NCBI GenBank assembly: GCA_963674705.1
Contig: OY771506.1
Location: 2,656,001 to 2,720,000, forward strand
Direction of reading: 5' to 3'
DNA: 64,000 bases
DNA from: Phycisphaeraceae bacterium
GTDB lineage: Bacteria > Planctomycetota > Phycisphaerae > Phycisphaerales > Phycisphaeraceae
Part shown: in pieces, positions 49,553 to 60,421 of the stretch
Layout: every line of letters begins with the position of its first letter
Numbering within the stretch: position 1 is the first letter of the stretch
Notes under the pieces: model-generated
The model's database searches: none
Seen by the model: only the letters and a program-made list of their open reading frames with translations
What the model was told of the DNA's origin: nothing
Program-made: the position numbers and the translations under genes

Positions 49553-49717
49553 ATATTGTCAGCCCCGTATTGTAACATGCCCGGCGTTATCACCAAGCAG
49601 AATCCGCAGATTTGCTTGACCACCGATTGGAGCGGCGCAGATAGCAGCAGCGTGCGAAAATACAGCAAACTTCTTGTGCAGAAGTGACTTACCCGCTTTG
49701 CTGGTGTACGAAATAAA

Positions 49718-50224
49718 CTAGAAGTTGCCCGCAACGATCGCTAAAACGATGAAACCGATAAACAGCAGGGCAAGCAGCAGTCCGACGATACCGCAGACCA
49801 TGCCGGCCGTGGCCATGCCGGTGGAGGCACCGCCGGCTTCGCCGCGTTCAACTTGTTTTTTGGCCATGATCGAAAAGACGATCGCCAGCGGGCTGCAGAT
49901 CAATGTGGGGAGCCCATAAAACATACACATGGCAATGGAACAAATACCCAGCACCATCGAAGCCACGGCTTTACCCGAGGTCGGTAGTGTCGGGCTGTGA
50001 AAAGATGGCGCAACCATTCGTCCACACTCAGGACAATGTGATCCGATCGCGACGCCGGTCAGGTTGTAACCACACTGGATGCAAAAGACCGAGGTCGGGC
50101 TGACGCGCGAGGACGTATGTGATGGATGCGGAGCTGGAATCGGTTCTGCCTGGGGTTCATTTGCCAGATCGTATTGCTCATCCGGCATGTCATGGCCTTG
50201 CGGTTCGCGATCAAAGTCATCCAT
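49718..50224 (-). CDS. Zinc-ribbon + DUF4190-type membrane protein
   Basis: CIQCGYNLTG...CPECG; GKAVASMVLGI...GMATAGMVCGIVG. Confidence 0.85.
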   Translation of the reverse strand: MDDFDREPQGHDMPDEQYDLANEPQAEPIPAPHPSHTSSRVSPTSVFCIQCGYNLTGVAIGSHCPECGRMVAPSFHSPTLPTSGKAVASMVLGICSIAMCMFYGLPTLICSPLAIVFSIMAKKQVERGEAGGASTGMATAGMVCGIVGLLLALLFIGFIVLAIVAGNF

Positions 50225-50264
50225 GTCAATTATCCTTCAGCCAAGTCTTGCCGGCATTAAATTC

Positions 50265-50735
50265 CTAGGAGACGGGTTCAAAGCTGATGCCTTGCGATGT
50301 GACGACGGCACAATAGCAATCGATATTGTCGAGGCCGGTCGCTTTTTTGACTGCTTCAGCGGCACGGATGACGTCGGCATCCTGCAAGGGACGCAATTCA
50401 TGGGTTTTGATACCGAGCTTGTGCTGATAGAAGCCGCAATCGTCATGCTGGATCAGGATCACTCGCTCAAGCTGGTGCGCCTGTACCAGGAAGGTTAATT
50501 CATCCAGAACCGCGTTATCGGCAAATGCAGGGTCGTCGTATCCCGCGAGGCGGGCGGGGCCGCCGGGGACAACGATCAGGTCGCAACGGTCGATCCCCAG
50601 GCCGTGACGCAGGAAGTCCGCGCACTGAGCCTCGAAACGCCCATCGCTGCAATAAACCGCCGCGACGCGGACGCCGTGATCCTGATACCTGATAGATGAC
50701 TGAAATGCCGACTGAGATCCATTGAATGTGTCCAT
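50265..50735 (-). CDS. Beta-carbonic-anhydrase-like zinc protein
   Basis: CSDGR, PGG, HxxCG ligand pattern. Confidence 0.75.
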   Translation of the reverse strand: MDTFNGSQSAFQSSIRYQDHGVRVAAVYCSDGRFEAQCADFLRHGLGIDRCDLIVVPGGPARLAGYDDPAFADNAVLDELTFLVQAHQLERVILIQHDDCGFYQHKLGIKTHELRPLQDADVIRAAEAVKKATGLDNIDCYCAVVTSQGISFEPVS

Positions 50736-50811
50736 GGCTTTGATTGTAGCGAATGTTTTACGCCGGTAATAGTGGGTTGCTGGGCTTCATAGACACGATT
50801 GATACAGGTAA

Positions 50812-53016
50812 TCAATCGCAATTCAGTTGGCCCGTGAGGCTGCTACGGCACCTTGTCCAGGCGATCGCCATCGCGACATCGGTCTGCCACTTCCACGTGG
50901 TGTAGGCTTTGAAAGAAAATTCCAGGTTCTGCTTGAGTTCCGGCCGGTTCTCGGTTGAACGTATGGAGGCCTGCTTCGCCAGGGCGACAAGATCAACTTC
51001 CTTCGCTGAGAGCAGCAGCGTGGCAAGATAAGCATTAGGCAGCAATCTTGACCAGTCGAGGATGAAGTGTTCAGCCATCAGCATGCCCGGTTCATCGAAC
51101 TCATCAACTCGGCGGGATGTCGTGAGTAAGCCCGGCAGCATGTAAGGATTATCCGGCAAGGCCTCTGCCACCTCGGGCCAATGCATATTCACCGCCAGAT
51201 CAAGATCGATCCGGTTGGGAGGCGAGAAGTGGTGCTCTGTTCTGGCTTGCTCGATAAGTTTGCGGCGGACCTTTTCCTGTCTTTCGGCCGGCCATGTGCG
51301 TAACACCTGATACTCTGGGACGTCGTCATCCGATTCGGTATTTTGAACCTGGCCGCGTTGGAAACAGGACTCGTACCGGATCGCGGTGGGGTCTCCCAGC
51401 TTTGCTCGCTGCTCGGTGTTTGCAATCCCACCATACGAATCGACGAACACATACTTCGCGACTTCGGGGAACTTATGCCGGTAACGCCATACGATACCCA
51501 CGAGTGCGTCATCGATATTTTCGTAGCCTTCGACTTGCGACATCAGTTGTTGAACCGCTTTGTCCGCGCCCGGATCATTTGCATCGAGAAGGATGGTCAC
51601 CGCGGTAGGTGAGGTATAGGATTCCTTCATTTCCTGTTTGGCAAGGCCAACCCATTCGTCTTGCGAACACCAGGAATCGATAGCGGGATCGTAGTATCTC
51701 GGTTGGTGGTAGTACTGGAGTGTGCTGGTACTATTCTTGAGTGTCGCAAGTACATCAGACACAAACTGATCCATGGTTTGGATGCGTTCAGGTGTCGGGT
51801 CCACCAATAGCGATGTACTTCGTGTAGCATCCGGTGGGTAGGGGCGCAGCGATACTTCTGCTGGGGCGGTGGCGGGAGTAAGGTCTTCGCTCAGTCGACT
51901 CACACAGGATTCGGCGAAGTCCGGGTGGTCGGTAAAGATGGCTCGCAGCGCCTGGTCCGGCGTGTTTTTCTTCAAGGCATCGGTGAGTGTCCTGCCGGGA
52001 TCAAATGCTACTTCTTGATAGACATCACCTAGCCATGTTGTTTTTGCATCATGGGAGAACGGCAATCCTTTGAAGTTGTCGCATGACCAGTTGCGGTCGA
52101 TCGCCGCGGTCCAGATGGCGTTCAGAACGCGCGTGCGTGCGTCATCAAGCCGTTGGTATTGTTCGGCGAGACTATCTGCGGCCTGATCGATGCCGTGCTC
52201 TGATATCTGTTTCGCAACTTCGCGCGACTTTGCAGCAACCGCAAAGCTATCGTATCTATCCGTGAAGTTGATCTGTAACTCCCCCGGCTTAACCATATCG
52301 ATCCATGCGTCGTGTCCGGGCAGTAACTGATCGAGCTTGAGCAGTACCTGCTCAATTCGGCCTTGTTTTTTGGGTCTATTCCTGAATGTCTCGAGATCAT
52401 CAGCTTCGGCCAGCAGGTCAAGTTCTCTGCATGCAACAAGGGCTCTCGCTGCCTGGGCGATGCTTTGTGTTTCGTCGTCACATTCATCGGACGCTGCATC
52501 GTTTCTTGTTTGGAGGTCAACATCCAGGGGCCGTTCGTTCTCGGGTGGTAACGGCATGCCGAGGTAACGATTCATGCGCTTTACGGATGGGCCCTTACCC
52601 ACGAAGTGATACTTCATCAATTCGATCAGGCTTTCCCGTACATCACTTTTTTGTTGAACGATCCTTGTGAGTGCCATGCCGACTTGGATCGTTGAGCTTA
52701 AGCCGCCTTTTGCTTCCCAGTGCCAGTCGCCGCTGGGGCATCGGTTCACGCGGATATTCTTTTCCGCCAAGTGATGGCGTACAGCATGGATGACCTGGCC
52801 GCGTACGCGATCGATGGTTTCGAATTCAGCGATCAGATCGCACTGCGGTTCAGGGCCTTCGGGGCCGCACACAATAGTCGAGAACACCTCGCCGGGTAAG
52901 ACCCAGAAAACGTCGCAGCCGTCAGAAAAGCCTATACCAACGCCCATTTGCGTGTCATGTACTTCCAATCCATGGGTTTTTGCATAGCCAAGCAGTTCTG
53001 TTTTCCAATCGTTCAT
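50812..53016 (-). CDS. Large hypothetical protein with an apparent internal duplication
   Basis: Long ORF; start MNDWK after GGAGGA; no family recognised. Confidence 0.7.
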   Translation of the reverse strand: MNDWKTELLGYAKTHGLEVHDTQMGVGIGFSDGCDVFWVLPGEVFSTIVCGPEGPEPQCDLIAEFETIDRVRGQVIHAVRHHLAEKNIRVNRCPSGDWHWEAKGGLSSTIQVGMALTRIVQQKSDVRESLIELMKYHFVGKGPSVKRMNRYLGMPLPPENERPLDVDLQTRNDAASDECDDETQSIAQAARALVACRELDLLAEADDLETFRNRPKKQGRIEQVLLKLDQLLPGHDAWIDMVKPGELQINFTDRYDSFAVAAKSREVAKQISEHGIDQAADSLAEQYQRLDDARTRVLNAIWTAAIDRNWSCDNFKGLPFSHDAKTTWLGDVYQEVAFDPGRTLTDALKKNTPDQALRAIFTDHPDFAESCVSRLSEDLTPATAPAEVSLRPYPPDATRSTSLLVDPTPERIQTMDQFVSDVLATLKNSTSTLQYYHQPRYYDPAIDSWCSQDEWVGLAKQEMKESYTSPTAVTILLDANDPGADKAVQQLMSQVEGYENIDDALVGIVWRYRHKFPEVAKYVFVDSYGGIANTEQRAKLGDPTAIRYESCFQRGQVQNTESDDDVPEYQVLRTWPAERQEKVRRKLIEQARTEHHFSPPNRIDLDLAVNMHWPEVAEALPDNPYMLPGLLTTSRRVDEFDEPGMLMAEHFILDWSRLLPNAYLATLLLSAKEVDLVALAKQASIRSTENRPELKQNLEFSFKAYTTWKWQTDVAMAIAWTRCRSSLTGQLNCD

Positions 53017-53189
53017 GTGATCCTCCGGATAGTCAATCTGATGTGCAGGCATCCAGTAATACTTGCTAATTGCTGCTGCACGAAGAGTGCGGCATCGTAA
53101 CGAGCCCGAATGATGTACGCCAGTTAAGTGCAGCAATCGACATCTAACTGCTTATTTTACAGATTTGGATTGACAGGAAGCGATTGTTG

Positions 53190-54119
53190 TCACTCAGTGC
53201 CGAGGTGATAAAGGTTCGGCACGTATCGCTGGGCGGACTTGGGTGGTCGGCGATAGTCTTCGTCCTGCTGTCGCTCAGGCAGCTTGATCGACTTCGGTGG
53301 GGCAACCTCATAAGGGATCAAACTCAGCAGGTGCCTGATGGTATTCAATCGTGCCTTGCGTTTGTCATCGGCGTCGACCACGTACCAGGGCGCGATGCTC
53401 GTGTCGGTGTACTTGAACATCTCGTCCTTGGCTTTGGAATATTCCACCCACTTGGTGCGTGACTTCAAATCCATCGGGCTGAGCTTCCAGCTCTTGGTTG
53501 GATCGTGGATACGTGCCTGGAAGCGTTTTTCCTGCTCTTCATCGCTGACCGAGAACCAGTACTTGATCAGTTGTATGCCGGACAACACGAGCATACGCTC
53601 GAACTGTGGGCAAGCGCGCAGGAATTCCTGGTATTCTTCTTCGGTGCAGAAGTTCATGACGTGTTCGACGCCGGCGCGGTTGTACCAGCTGCGGTCGAAC
53701 AACACGATCTCGCCGGCGGCGGGTAGGTTGGCGACATAGCGTTGGAAGTACCATTGTGTCTTTTCGCGTTCGGTCGGCGTGCCGAGCGCAACGACCCGGA
53801 ACGTACGCGGGCTAACCCTCTCGGTGATCCGCTTGATCACACCGCCCTTACCGGCGGCGTCACGGCCCTCAAAAAGCACGACGATTTTCAAACCCTGATC
53901 ACGTACCCATTCCTGAAGGTGGACCAGTTCTACGTGCAGTTTTTCAATTTCCTGTTCGTAGTAGTCTCGCTTAAGTTTGCCGTTGGCCTTGAGTTGCGGT
54001 GAATGGGGCTTGGGCAGATCAGCAACTACCGCCTTGCCCGCGTTTTTATTATCAGTCTTATGCTTCTTGGAGGATTTATTCTTAGACATGGTGCGTGGCC
54101 TCGATAGGGTCATCGACAC
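53190..54119 (-). CDS. ppk2: Polyphosphate kinase 2
   Basis: FEGRDAAGKGG, WYFQRY, FDRSWYNRAGVE, WKLSPMD. Confidence 0.96.
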   Translation of the reverse strand: MSMTLSRPRTMSKNKSSKKHKTDNKNAGKAVVADLPKPHSPQLKANGKLKRDYYEQEIEKLHVELVHLQEWVRDQGLKIVVLFEGRDAAGKGGVIKRITERVSPRTFRVVALGTPTEREKTQWYFQRYVANLPAAGEIVLFDRSWYNRAGVEHVMNFCTEEEYQEFLRACPQFERMLVLSGIQLIKYWFSVSDEEQEKRFQARIHDPTKSWKLSPMDLKSRTKWVEYSKAKDEMFKYTDTSIAPWYVVDADDKRKARLNTIRHLLSLIPYEVAPPKSIKLPERQQDEDYRRPPKSAQRYVPNLYHLGTE

Positions 54120-54133
54120 AAGCCCGTGTCAGC

Positions 54134-55828
54134 TTAATCCAGGTCGCGGATGTGTTTGGCGATCCGTCGGGAGACATAATACACCCGCTTGATCTGACCG
54201 CGAACCTCGGATTCCATGCGGTAGAGTTGTGCACGTCCCGGGGCATCTGCGCCGAGACGGTTGGCGAGATGGTGGTTCAGCTCTTCCGCTTGGCTGTAAA
54301 TGTCCGCTTTCATCTGGATCACCTGCTCCGCCAACCCGACATCACAGGCCTGCAACGCATCAACTGTCTGATCCACCGCGGATTGTGTCACATCATGCAA
54401 CGACCAGAGCAGCGACTTGGTTTGCTCGGATACCACCACATTCTGTTTGTTCATGCCCGCGACCGCGGCGGCTAGATCGTCGGCTATGATCTCGGCCAGG
54501 CTGCTGAAGTGGCTGGCGATCGCGAGTAAGGCTTCACTTCTTAATCGCAATTCTTCCGGCAACTCTTTGCGGGATACTTTTGATAGGTAAGCCAACACAT
54601 GGTCATAGAGCGTGTCGACTTCCGCTCGGTTTCGGGTCAATGCTTTGGATGCTTCTACCGCGTGGCTACCGATCAGTTGCGGGGCCGCACGGAACATACG
54701 GGCGATGCGTTCGCCAAGGCGTGACAGTTCCAGGCGAGCATAGTCCAAGGCTAGTGATGGCGTATCCAACGCATCCCTATTCAAATACTTCGGTACAGCA
54801 ATCGGCGTCTCGATGCTTGGACGATCCGGGATGATCCTGGTTACCAACCACGCAAGCGGCGTGATCAGCGGGAGCACGAGCAGGGCATTGATGATGTTGA
54901 ATAACGTATGTGCGTTAGCGATCTGGCGCGGGGCTTCAGCGGCAAACCTGGCAGCGCCTTGCAGGTCCGGCTTGGTTGGTGATATGTCTCTGACGATCTC
55001 AGCAAACTGCGGGATAAACGCGATCCAGATCAACACGCCAAATACGTTGAAGAGGACATGAACAATTGCGACTTGTTTGGCGACGCGTGGTTTGCCAAAC
55101 GACGCCAGCAATGCGGTAAGGCATGTGCCGATGTTCGCCCCAAAGGCGAGTGCGATGCCCGCTTCCAACGTGATAGCGCCTTGGCCGGCAAGCACGATAA
55201 CCATCGCGGTGGTTGCGGCAGAACTCTGGATGATGGCTGTCACCATGGCGCCAATCAGTACGCCCCAGACCGGATTATCCATCCCGCTCATCAGATGGAT
55301 AAACGTCGGATGACCCCGCAGGGGATGCGTCGCCTCGGACATGAACATCATCCCCAGGAAGACAAGCCCTAATCCCAGCATCATGGTCCCGAGGCTGCGT
55401 ATCCTTACGTGGCGAGAGAGCATTTGTGTGAAGAAGCCGACCGCGATCATCATGGGCACATAACGATCGATATTGAAAGCGATAATCTGTGCGGTAAACG
55501 TCGAGCCGATGTTGGAGCCGAGGATCACTCCTATGGATTGAGACATCGATATCAGCCCGGCCGAGGCAAACCCGACCAGCAGCACGGTTGTGACGGTTGA
55601 TGATTGCGTGAGTCCGGTGATCACGACGCCTGAAACGGTGCCCATGAACCGGTTCGTCGTGAGTTTGGCCAGCATTTTTCGCAGCCCGTCACCCGCAGCG
55701 GACTTCAGGCCGTCGGTCATCACCCCCATACCGAGCAGGAATATCGCCAGCCCGCCGGCAAGGTTAATGATGATCTTGAACCAGTCCAGGCTCTGAAGCG
55801 AAGTATCAGCAAGCAGGATCGTCGGCAC
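54134..55828 (-). CDS. Na/Pi cotransporter family protein with PhoU-like C-terminal domain
   Basis: Two QSS repeats, G.NIG(S/T) motifs, ANAHTLFN, helical C-terminus. Confidence 0.92.
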   Translation of the reverse strand: MPTILLADTSLQSLDWFKIIINLAGGLAIFLLGMGVMTDGLKSAAGDGLRKMLAKLTTNRFMGTVSGVVITGLTQSSTVTTVLLVGFASAGLISMSQSIGVILGSNIGSTFTAQIIAFNIDRYVPMMIAVGFFTQMLSRHVRIRSLGTMMLGLGLVFLGMMFMSEATHPLRGHPTFIHLMSGMDNPVWGVLIGAMVTAIIQSSAATTAMVIVLAGQGAITLEAGIALAFGANIGTCLTALLASFGKPRVAKQVAIVHVLFNVFGVLIWIAFIPQFAEIVRDISPTKPDLQGAARFAAEAPRQIANAHTLFNIINALLVLPLITPLAWLVTRIIPDRPSIETPIAVPKYLNRDALDTPSLALDYARLELSRLGERIARMFRAAPQLIGSHAVEASKALTRNRAEVDTLYDHVLAYLSKVSRKELPEELRLRSEALLAIASHFSSLAEIIADDLAAAVAGMNKQNVVVSEQTKSLLWSLHDVTQSAVDQTVDALQACDVGLAEQVIQMKADIYSQAEELNHHLANRLGADAPGRAQLYRMESEVRGQIKRVYYVSRRIAKHIRDLD

Positions 55829-55942
55829 GTGCGGTCTCCATCGAAAGTGTCATATACCATTATCGGCTTGCCAAGCCGATCGCGACAGGTTTAGATATGC
55901 CCCACACTTCCGTCCAGGGCGGGCGGCACAAGGAGGTTTGGC

Positions 55943-56431
55943 ATGTCGATCCCAAGGATCGCGCCGGTTTTTACGTTTGACGTTAAAGGCCCGGCCGACG
56001 AAGTCTGTAAGCGGTTGCGCACATTAATGAATCAGGAGACAGGGGCCTATGAGGGCAGCGTGGCCGGGAACCATATCACGTTGACGATCCGCGAGGGCGA
56101 ACGCCACTTCTGGTCACCCTGGTTGCACATCGAGCTGACCGAACTGGACGATATGACGCATATCCGTGGCCGATTCACACCACACCCGAACATCTGGACA
56201 GGTTTCGCTTTCAGTTATTTTTCACTGATTACCATTGCCGTATTCGCGTTGATCTGGGGCATGAGCCAATGGATGCTGCAGCAGAGCCCGACAGCGCTGT
56301 GGGTGGGGTTGATGTGTGCCGCACTGGTAGGTTTACTTTGGTGGATGGCTCAGGTCGGGCAAAAGTTGGCGCGGGAGCAGATGCATGCGCTAAAAGACGC
56401 AGTCAGTGCGATAAATATCAGTGTTTCATAG
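55943..56431 (+). CDS. Hypothetical membrane protein
   Basis: HFWSP.L, GRF.P.P.IWT, two TM helices; AAGGAGG SD. Confidence 0.75.
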   Translation: MSIPRIAPVFTFDVKGPADEVCKRLRTLMNQETGAYEGSVAGNHITLTIREGERHFWSPWLHIELTELDDMTHIRGRFTPHPNIWTGFAFSYFSLITIAVFALIWGMSQWMLQQSPTALWVGLMCAALVGLLWWMAQVGQKLAREQMHALKDAVSAINISVS

Positions 56432-56439
56432 TTACTACG

Positions 56440-57148
56440 GTAGCGACGCGACTTGTCGCGCTACTCATCATACGGAACAGTCATCTTCCAGTACTGTCTT
56501 TTGAATCCAGCTTTGATGGGGTTCTGATCAACATAACGGATGGCGGCACGCATATGTTCTTTACCACGAATATAGGGTGCCCAGTAATTTCTTGCCCACG
56601 GCGAAGGGAATGTGCCATTGGTGCGTGGATAGTCGGCCAGTGGGTGCAGGTTCTCGCTGTTTTGTTTAGCGGTGGCTCTGGCTTTGAATTGAGCTGATAT
56701 CCGGTCAATGTCTGTCTTATCCCAACACATCAACAGGTGCACATGATCCGGCAGGATAGCCAGTGCATGGATAGCGTAGTTTTGGTTGCGTGCAACAGTA
56801 GCGGAACCATTGGCGATAGCTCTTGCCTGTTGTCCGTTGAACTTCACGGGCGGATAATGCAGTGCCTTTTTTGCTTCGCGGCGTTTTATGGAATCGTGGG
56901 GTGTGGCGGCAACAGATCGAGTTGTTTCGATCTTGGTCGCGGGGCCATATTTGAGTAAGTCGAATTGACGGATGGTGGTGGACCATAAACCGCGTGGATC
57001 GTTGGGAAGCCAGAAACCGTAGGCGCTGAAGATGAAGTGGAACCCCAGGGTCATGATCGAAGTATATGTAAATCTTCGATAACGCGACAAGTCGCGTCGC
57101 TTCGTTGGGAAGTTGAGGGGATTCCGCGAAGCTTCGCGACTTGTCGTG
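56440..57148 (-). mobile_element. REPtron: Y1 (HUH) transposase flanked by three REP palindromes
   Basis: REPs G(T/A)AGCGACGCGACTTGTCGCG at 56440-56460, 57083-57103 (reverse) and 57128-57148 (variant). Confidence 0.75.
56461..57054 (-). CDS. REP-associated tyrosine transposase (IS200/Y1 HUH family)
   Basis: YGFWLP.DPRG N-terminal motif, PDHVHLL HUH motif, K..A, W...W, AIRYV.QNP catalytic Tyr. Confidence 0.85.
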   Translation of the reverse strand: MTLGFHFIFSAYGFWLPNDPRGLWSTTIRQFDLLKYGPATKIETTRSVAATPHDSIKRREAKKALHYPPVKFNGQQARAIANGSATVARNQNYAIHALAILPDHVHLLMCWDKTDIDRISAQFKARATAKQNSENLHPLADYPRTNGTFPSPWARNYWAPYIRGKEHMRAAIRYVDQNPIKAGFKRQYWKMTVPYDE

Positions 57149-57169
57149 TGTGTCGGTTTTTTTAAAAAA

Positions 57170-58408
57170 TCAATCCATATGCTTGATAATAGCATCCCCG
57201 AACTCACTGCACTTCAGCAGGGTTGCGCCTTCCATCAGGCGTTCAAAGTCATACGTCACGGTCTTGGCGCCGATCGCGCCGTCGATGCCTTTGATCACGA
57301 GGTCCGCGGCTTCGGTCCAGCCGATGTGGCGTAGCATCATTTCGCCGGAGAGGATGACGCTACCGGGATTGACCTTGTCCTGGCCAGCGTACTTAGGTGC
57401 GGTGCCGTGGGTGGCTTCGAAGATGGCGTGGCCCGAATCGTAGTTGATATTGGCGCCGGGCGCGATGCCGATACCACCGACACATGCGGCCAGTGCGTCT
57501 GAGATGTAGTCGCCGTTGAGGTTCAGTGTCGCGATCACGTCGTACTCAGCAGGGCGCGTGAGGATCTGCTGAAGCATGGCGTCGGCGATGACGTCCTTGA
57601 TCGTGATCGTCTTACCATTCTTTGGGTTCTTGAATGTACACCACGGCCCGCCATCCAGTTCCGTTGCACCAAAGTACTGCTTGGCACATTCATAGCCCCA
57701 GTCACGGAACGCGCCTTCGGTGAACTTCATGATGTTGCCTTTGTGTACGAGCGTGACCGAGTCGCGTTCGTTGTCGATGGCATACTGGATCGCGGCTTTG
57801 ACCAGGCGTGTCGTACCTTCCTTGGACACCGGCTTGATACCGAAGCCGGTCGTGTCGGGGAAGCGCACCTTCTTATAAGGCTCGGGGAACGCATCGGCGA
57901 AGAGCTTGCGGAACTTCTCGCAGTCTTCACTGCCTTGCTCGAACTCGATGCCGGCGTAGATGTCTTCGCTGTTTTCACGGAAGATGACCATGTCGGTCAG
58001 GTCAGGCCGTTTGACGGGGGAGGGCACACCCTGGAACCAGCGCACGGGACGCAGGCAGGTATACAGATCGAGGATCTGGCGCAGGGCGACGTTCAGCGAA
58101 CGGATGCCGCCACCGACGGGCGTGGTCAGAGGGCCCTTGATGCCGACGCGGTAGGTCTTGAAGGCTTCGAGCGTTTCTTCAGGCAACCAGCTACCGGTCT
58201 GGTTGAACGCTTTTTCACCGGCAAGCACTTCCATCCAGGCGATGGATTTTTCACCGCCATAAGCCTTTTCCACCGCGGCGTCGAAGACCTTCTGGCTGCC
58301 CGCCCAGATGTCCGGCCCGGTGCCGTCACCTTCGATGAAAGGGATGATCGGGTGGCTCGGAATGCTGAATTTGCCGTTGGTGAATTCAATAGGCTGGCCC
58401 TGACTCAT
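57170..58408 (-). CDS. icd: Isocitrate dehydrogenase (NADP+)
   Basis: [50 protein letters not shown]. Confidence 0.97.
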   Translation of the reverse strand: MSQGQPIEFTNGKFSIPSHPIIPFIEGDGTGPDIWAGSQKVFDAAVEKAYGGEKSIAWMEVLAGEKAFNQTGSWLPEETLEAFKTYRVGIKGPLTTPVGGGIRSLNVALRQILDLYTCLRPVRWFQGVPSPVKRPDLTDMVIFRENSEDIYAGIEFEQGSEDCEKFRKLFADAFPEPYKKVRFPDTTGFGIKPVSKEGTTRLVKAAIQYAIDNERDSVTLVHKGNIMKFTEGAFRDWGYECAKQYFGATELDGGPWCTFKNPKNGKTITIKDVIADAMLQQILTRPAEYDVIATLNLNGDYISDALAACVGGIGIAPGANINYDSGHAIFEATHGTAPKYAGQDKVNPGSVILSGEMMLRHIGWTEAADLVIKGIDGAIGAKTVTYDFERLMEGATLLKCSEFGDAIIKHMD

Positions 58409-58592
58409 GCTGATTTGCTCCAATATTTGTTGTCTACTGCCCTGATCCTGCGATCCCAGTGTCAAACTGGGGTATTTTGGCATGCCTGATAAAAATCCAG
58501 GCATCAAAGGGCCGCGTAGTATAATCAATCAGGTTGATCTATTCTCGATGTGGGGTTTATTTACACTGGCCCCGGGCCGTGCGGAGAGGTGA

Positions 58593-60344
58593 ATGAAAAA
58601 GATACAACGGGCTGTTTATGGCGCGGTGGTGTTGTCTTTGACACTAGGCGGTCGTTCCGCGCTGGCGGTTCAGGAGTCCGTCGAGGTGGTCCGGGCTCTG
58701 CCAAGTCAACTCTTGGACTACCAGATCGACGGCAACGCCCTCGACGGCTCCGGCATCATCATCGCGGATCTCGATACCCAGATCGATGCGGAACATCCGG
58801 CGCTGGCTGGCAAGATCATTTCACAGGCTGATTACTCCGGGGAAGGTCTACTTGATCCGGACACATCGTTTTATGCCTATCGCAGCACAAACGGCGAACG
58901 GGTATGGCTGAATGATTTACACGCCACGGCTGTTGCCGGCGTCATGGTCAGCAACGGTTTGGATAGTAATGGCACGCAGACCGGTCACGTCGGCATCTCT
59001 CCCGGCGCATCAGTAGCGGTCGGGAAGTTTTGGGAGAGTAATCTGGATAAGAGTACTGATGGGGCGATTGAAGCGGCGTTTGATCTGACAAACGCGACCG
59101 CGAGTATCCTGTTGATCGAGGATCAGGGGATTGATACATACGCACGGGGTGATTCAAGATTCACGTTGGCGGTTGATTACCTGACTGAAACGCGAGATGT
59201 GTTGGTGGTAATTCCTACCGGGAACACCGGGCCGAACAATATCGCATTTACCATCCCGGCTGATGCGTACAACGGCCTGACCGTCGGCGCGACCGATCCG
59301 AGGACAAACCGTGTCGCTTCATTCAGTACGACAGGTCCGACCGATGATATCGGGACCGGCCGATCCAAGCCGGACCTGGTTGCCCCGGGTGTGGGGATGG
59401 TCGTGCCGTTCGGCGGTTGGGAAGACGATGACGGCCGGGATTCGAGCAGCGCCATCAATTACAAACATGCAAGCCTCCCGGCGGATGTGACGCAGTTCAT
59501 GTCACCCAACATCAGTACTGAAGATGATCTGGACCCGGATTGGGCTACGGTTTCCGGCACCAGTTTTTCCGCGCCTGTTGCTGCTGGGGCGGCGGCGTTA
59601 CTTCAGCAGTGGGGCAACTATCGGGGCATGGATACTTCCAGTCAGACGATGCGAGCGGTGATGGTGAACTCGGTGAACAAGGTGGACGGCCTGCTGGGGA
59701 TGAGTCTGACGATTGAAGATCGTGAAGGATTGAACTGGCTTTCCAGCGAGGCGTACACCGATCAGACAGTACCTCTCGATAACCAGATGGGCGCGGGGCA
59801 ACTGGACGTCTCACGGGCGTTGACGCAATACGATGCTGGAGAGCAAGGCCCCGGTGTGGTTGAAAACATCGGTTGGGATAGTCATTTTGCTTTGACCGAG
59901 GGCGATTACTTCGATTACGAATTTGAGGATTCATTGTCAGCCGGTGACTTCATAAGTGCGACGCTGGTCTGGGATCGCTCGGTGTATTTTTTAGACAACG
60001 GCATCCTTGGTTCTTATGAGTCGGAAACGGATTCCTTCTTTGGACTTCCTCTTGATAACATGGACCTTTACCTGATGCACAGCGATGACACGCTGACGGA
60101 GCAAGCGGTCTGGAGTTCGATCAGTGAGGTAGATAATCTCGAGCATATCTTCTGGCAGATCGAGCAGTCCGGGGTATACAAACTAAGAGTTGTTTTCACT
60201 GAGGACACGACCTTCTATCCCGGATTCGAAACGCTGCCGGACTTCACCTTGGCCTGGTGGGCGGGGGTACCGGAGCCGGCCAGTGGGGCGATACTGCTGT
60301 TCATGGGTCTTGGTTTGGGACGACGTGTTGGTCGAAATGAATAG
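58593..60344 (+). CDS. Secreted S8 (subtilisin-like) serine peptidase with PEP-CTERM tail
   Basis: Catalytic D (IADLD), H (HATAVAG), oxyanion GN, KPDLVAPG, SGTSFSAP; VPEP tail. Confidence 0.92.
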   Translation: MKKIQRAVYGAVVLSLTLGGRSALAVQESVEVVRALPSQLLDYQIDGNALDGSGIIIADLDTQIDAEHPALAGKIISQADYSGEGLLDPDTSFYAYRSTNGERVWLNDLHATAVAGVMVSNGLDSNGTQTGHVGISPGASVAVGKFWESNLDKSTDGAIEAAFDLTNATASILLIEDQGIDTYARGDSRFTLAVDYLTETRDVLVVIPTGNTGPNNIAFTIPADAYNGLTVGATDPRTNRVASFSTTGPTDDIGTGRSKPDLVAPGVGMVVPFGGWEDDDGRDSSSAINYKHASLPADVTQFMSPNISTEDDLDPDWATVSGTSFSAPVAAGAAALLQQWGNYRGMDTSSQTMRAVMVNSVNKVDGLLGMSLTIEDREGLNWLSSEAYTDQTVPLDNQMGAGQLDVSRALTQYDAGEQGPGVVENIGWDSHFALTEGDYFDYEFEDSLSAGDFISATLVWDRSVYFLDNGILGSYESETDSFFGLPLDNMDLYLMHSDDTLTEQAVWSSISEVDNLEHIFWQIEQSGVYKLRVVFTEDTTFYPGFETLPDFTLAWWAGVPEPASGAILLFMGLGLGRRVGRNE

Positions 60345-60382
60345 AAACTCATGAGATTCTGCTGGATGGCCGATCCAAAGGG

Positions 60383-60412
60383 TTGACAAGACCGCTGGGA
60401 ACCACTTACGAT
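60383..60412 (+). promoter_or_regulatory. sigma70 promoter of the leuA leader
   Basis: TTGACA-N18-TACGAT. Confidence 0.65.
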
Positions 60413-60421
60413 ACGTTGCTC

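Noticed and set aside
55860..55893. sigma28 promoter for the Na/Pi cotransporter (TAAA...GCCGATAA)
   Set aside because: Spacer is about 22 nt rather than 15, and the -10 is part of a simple palindrome.
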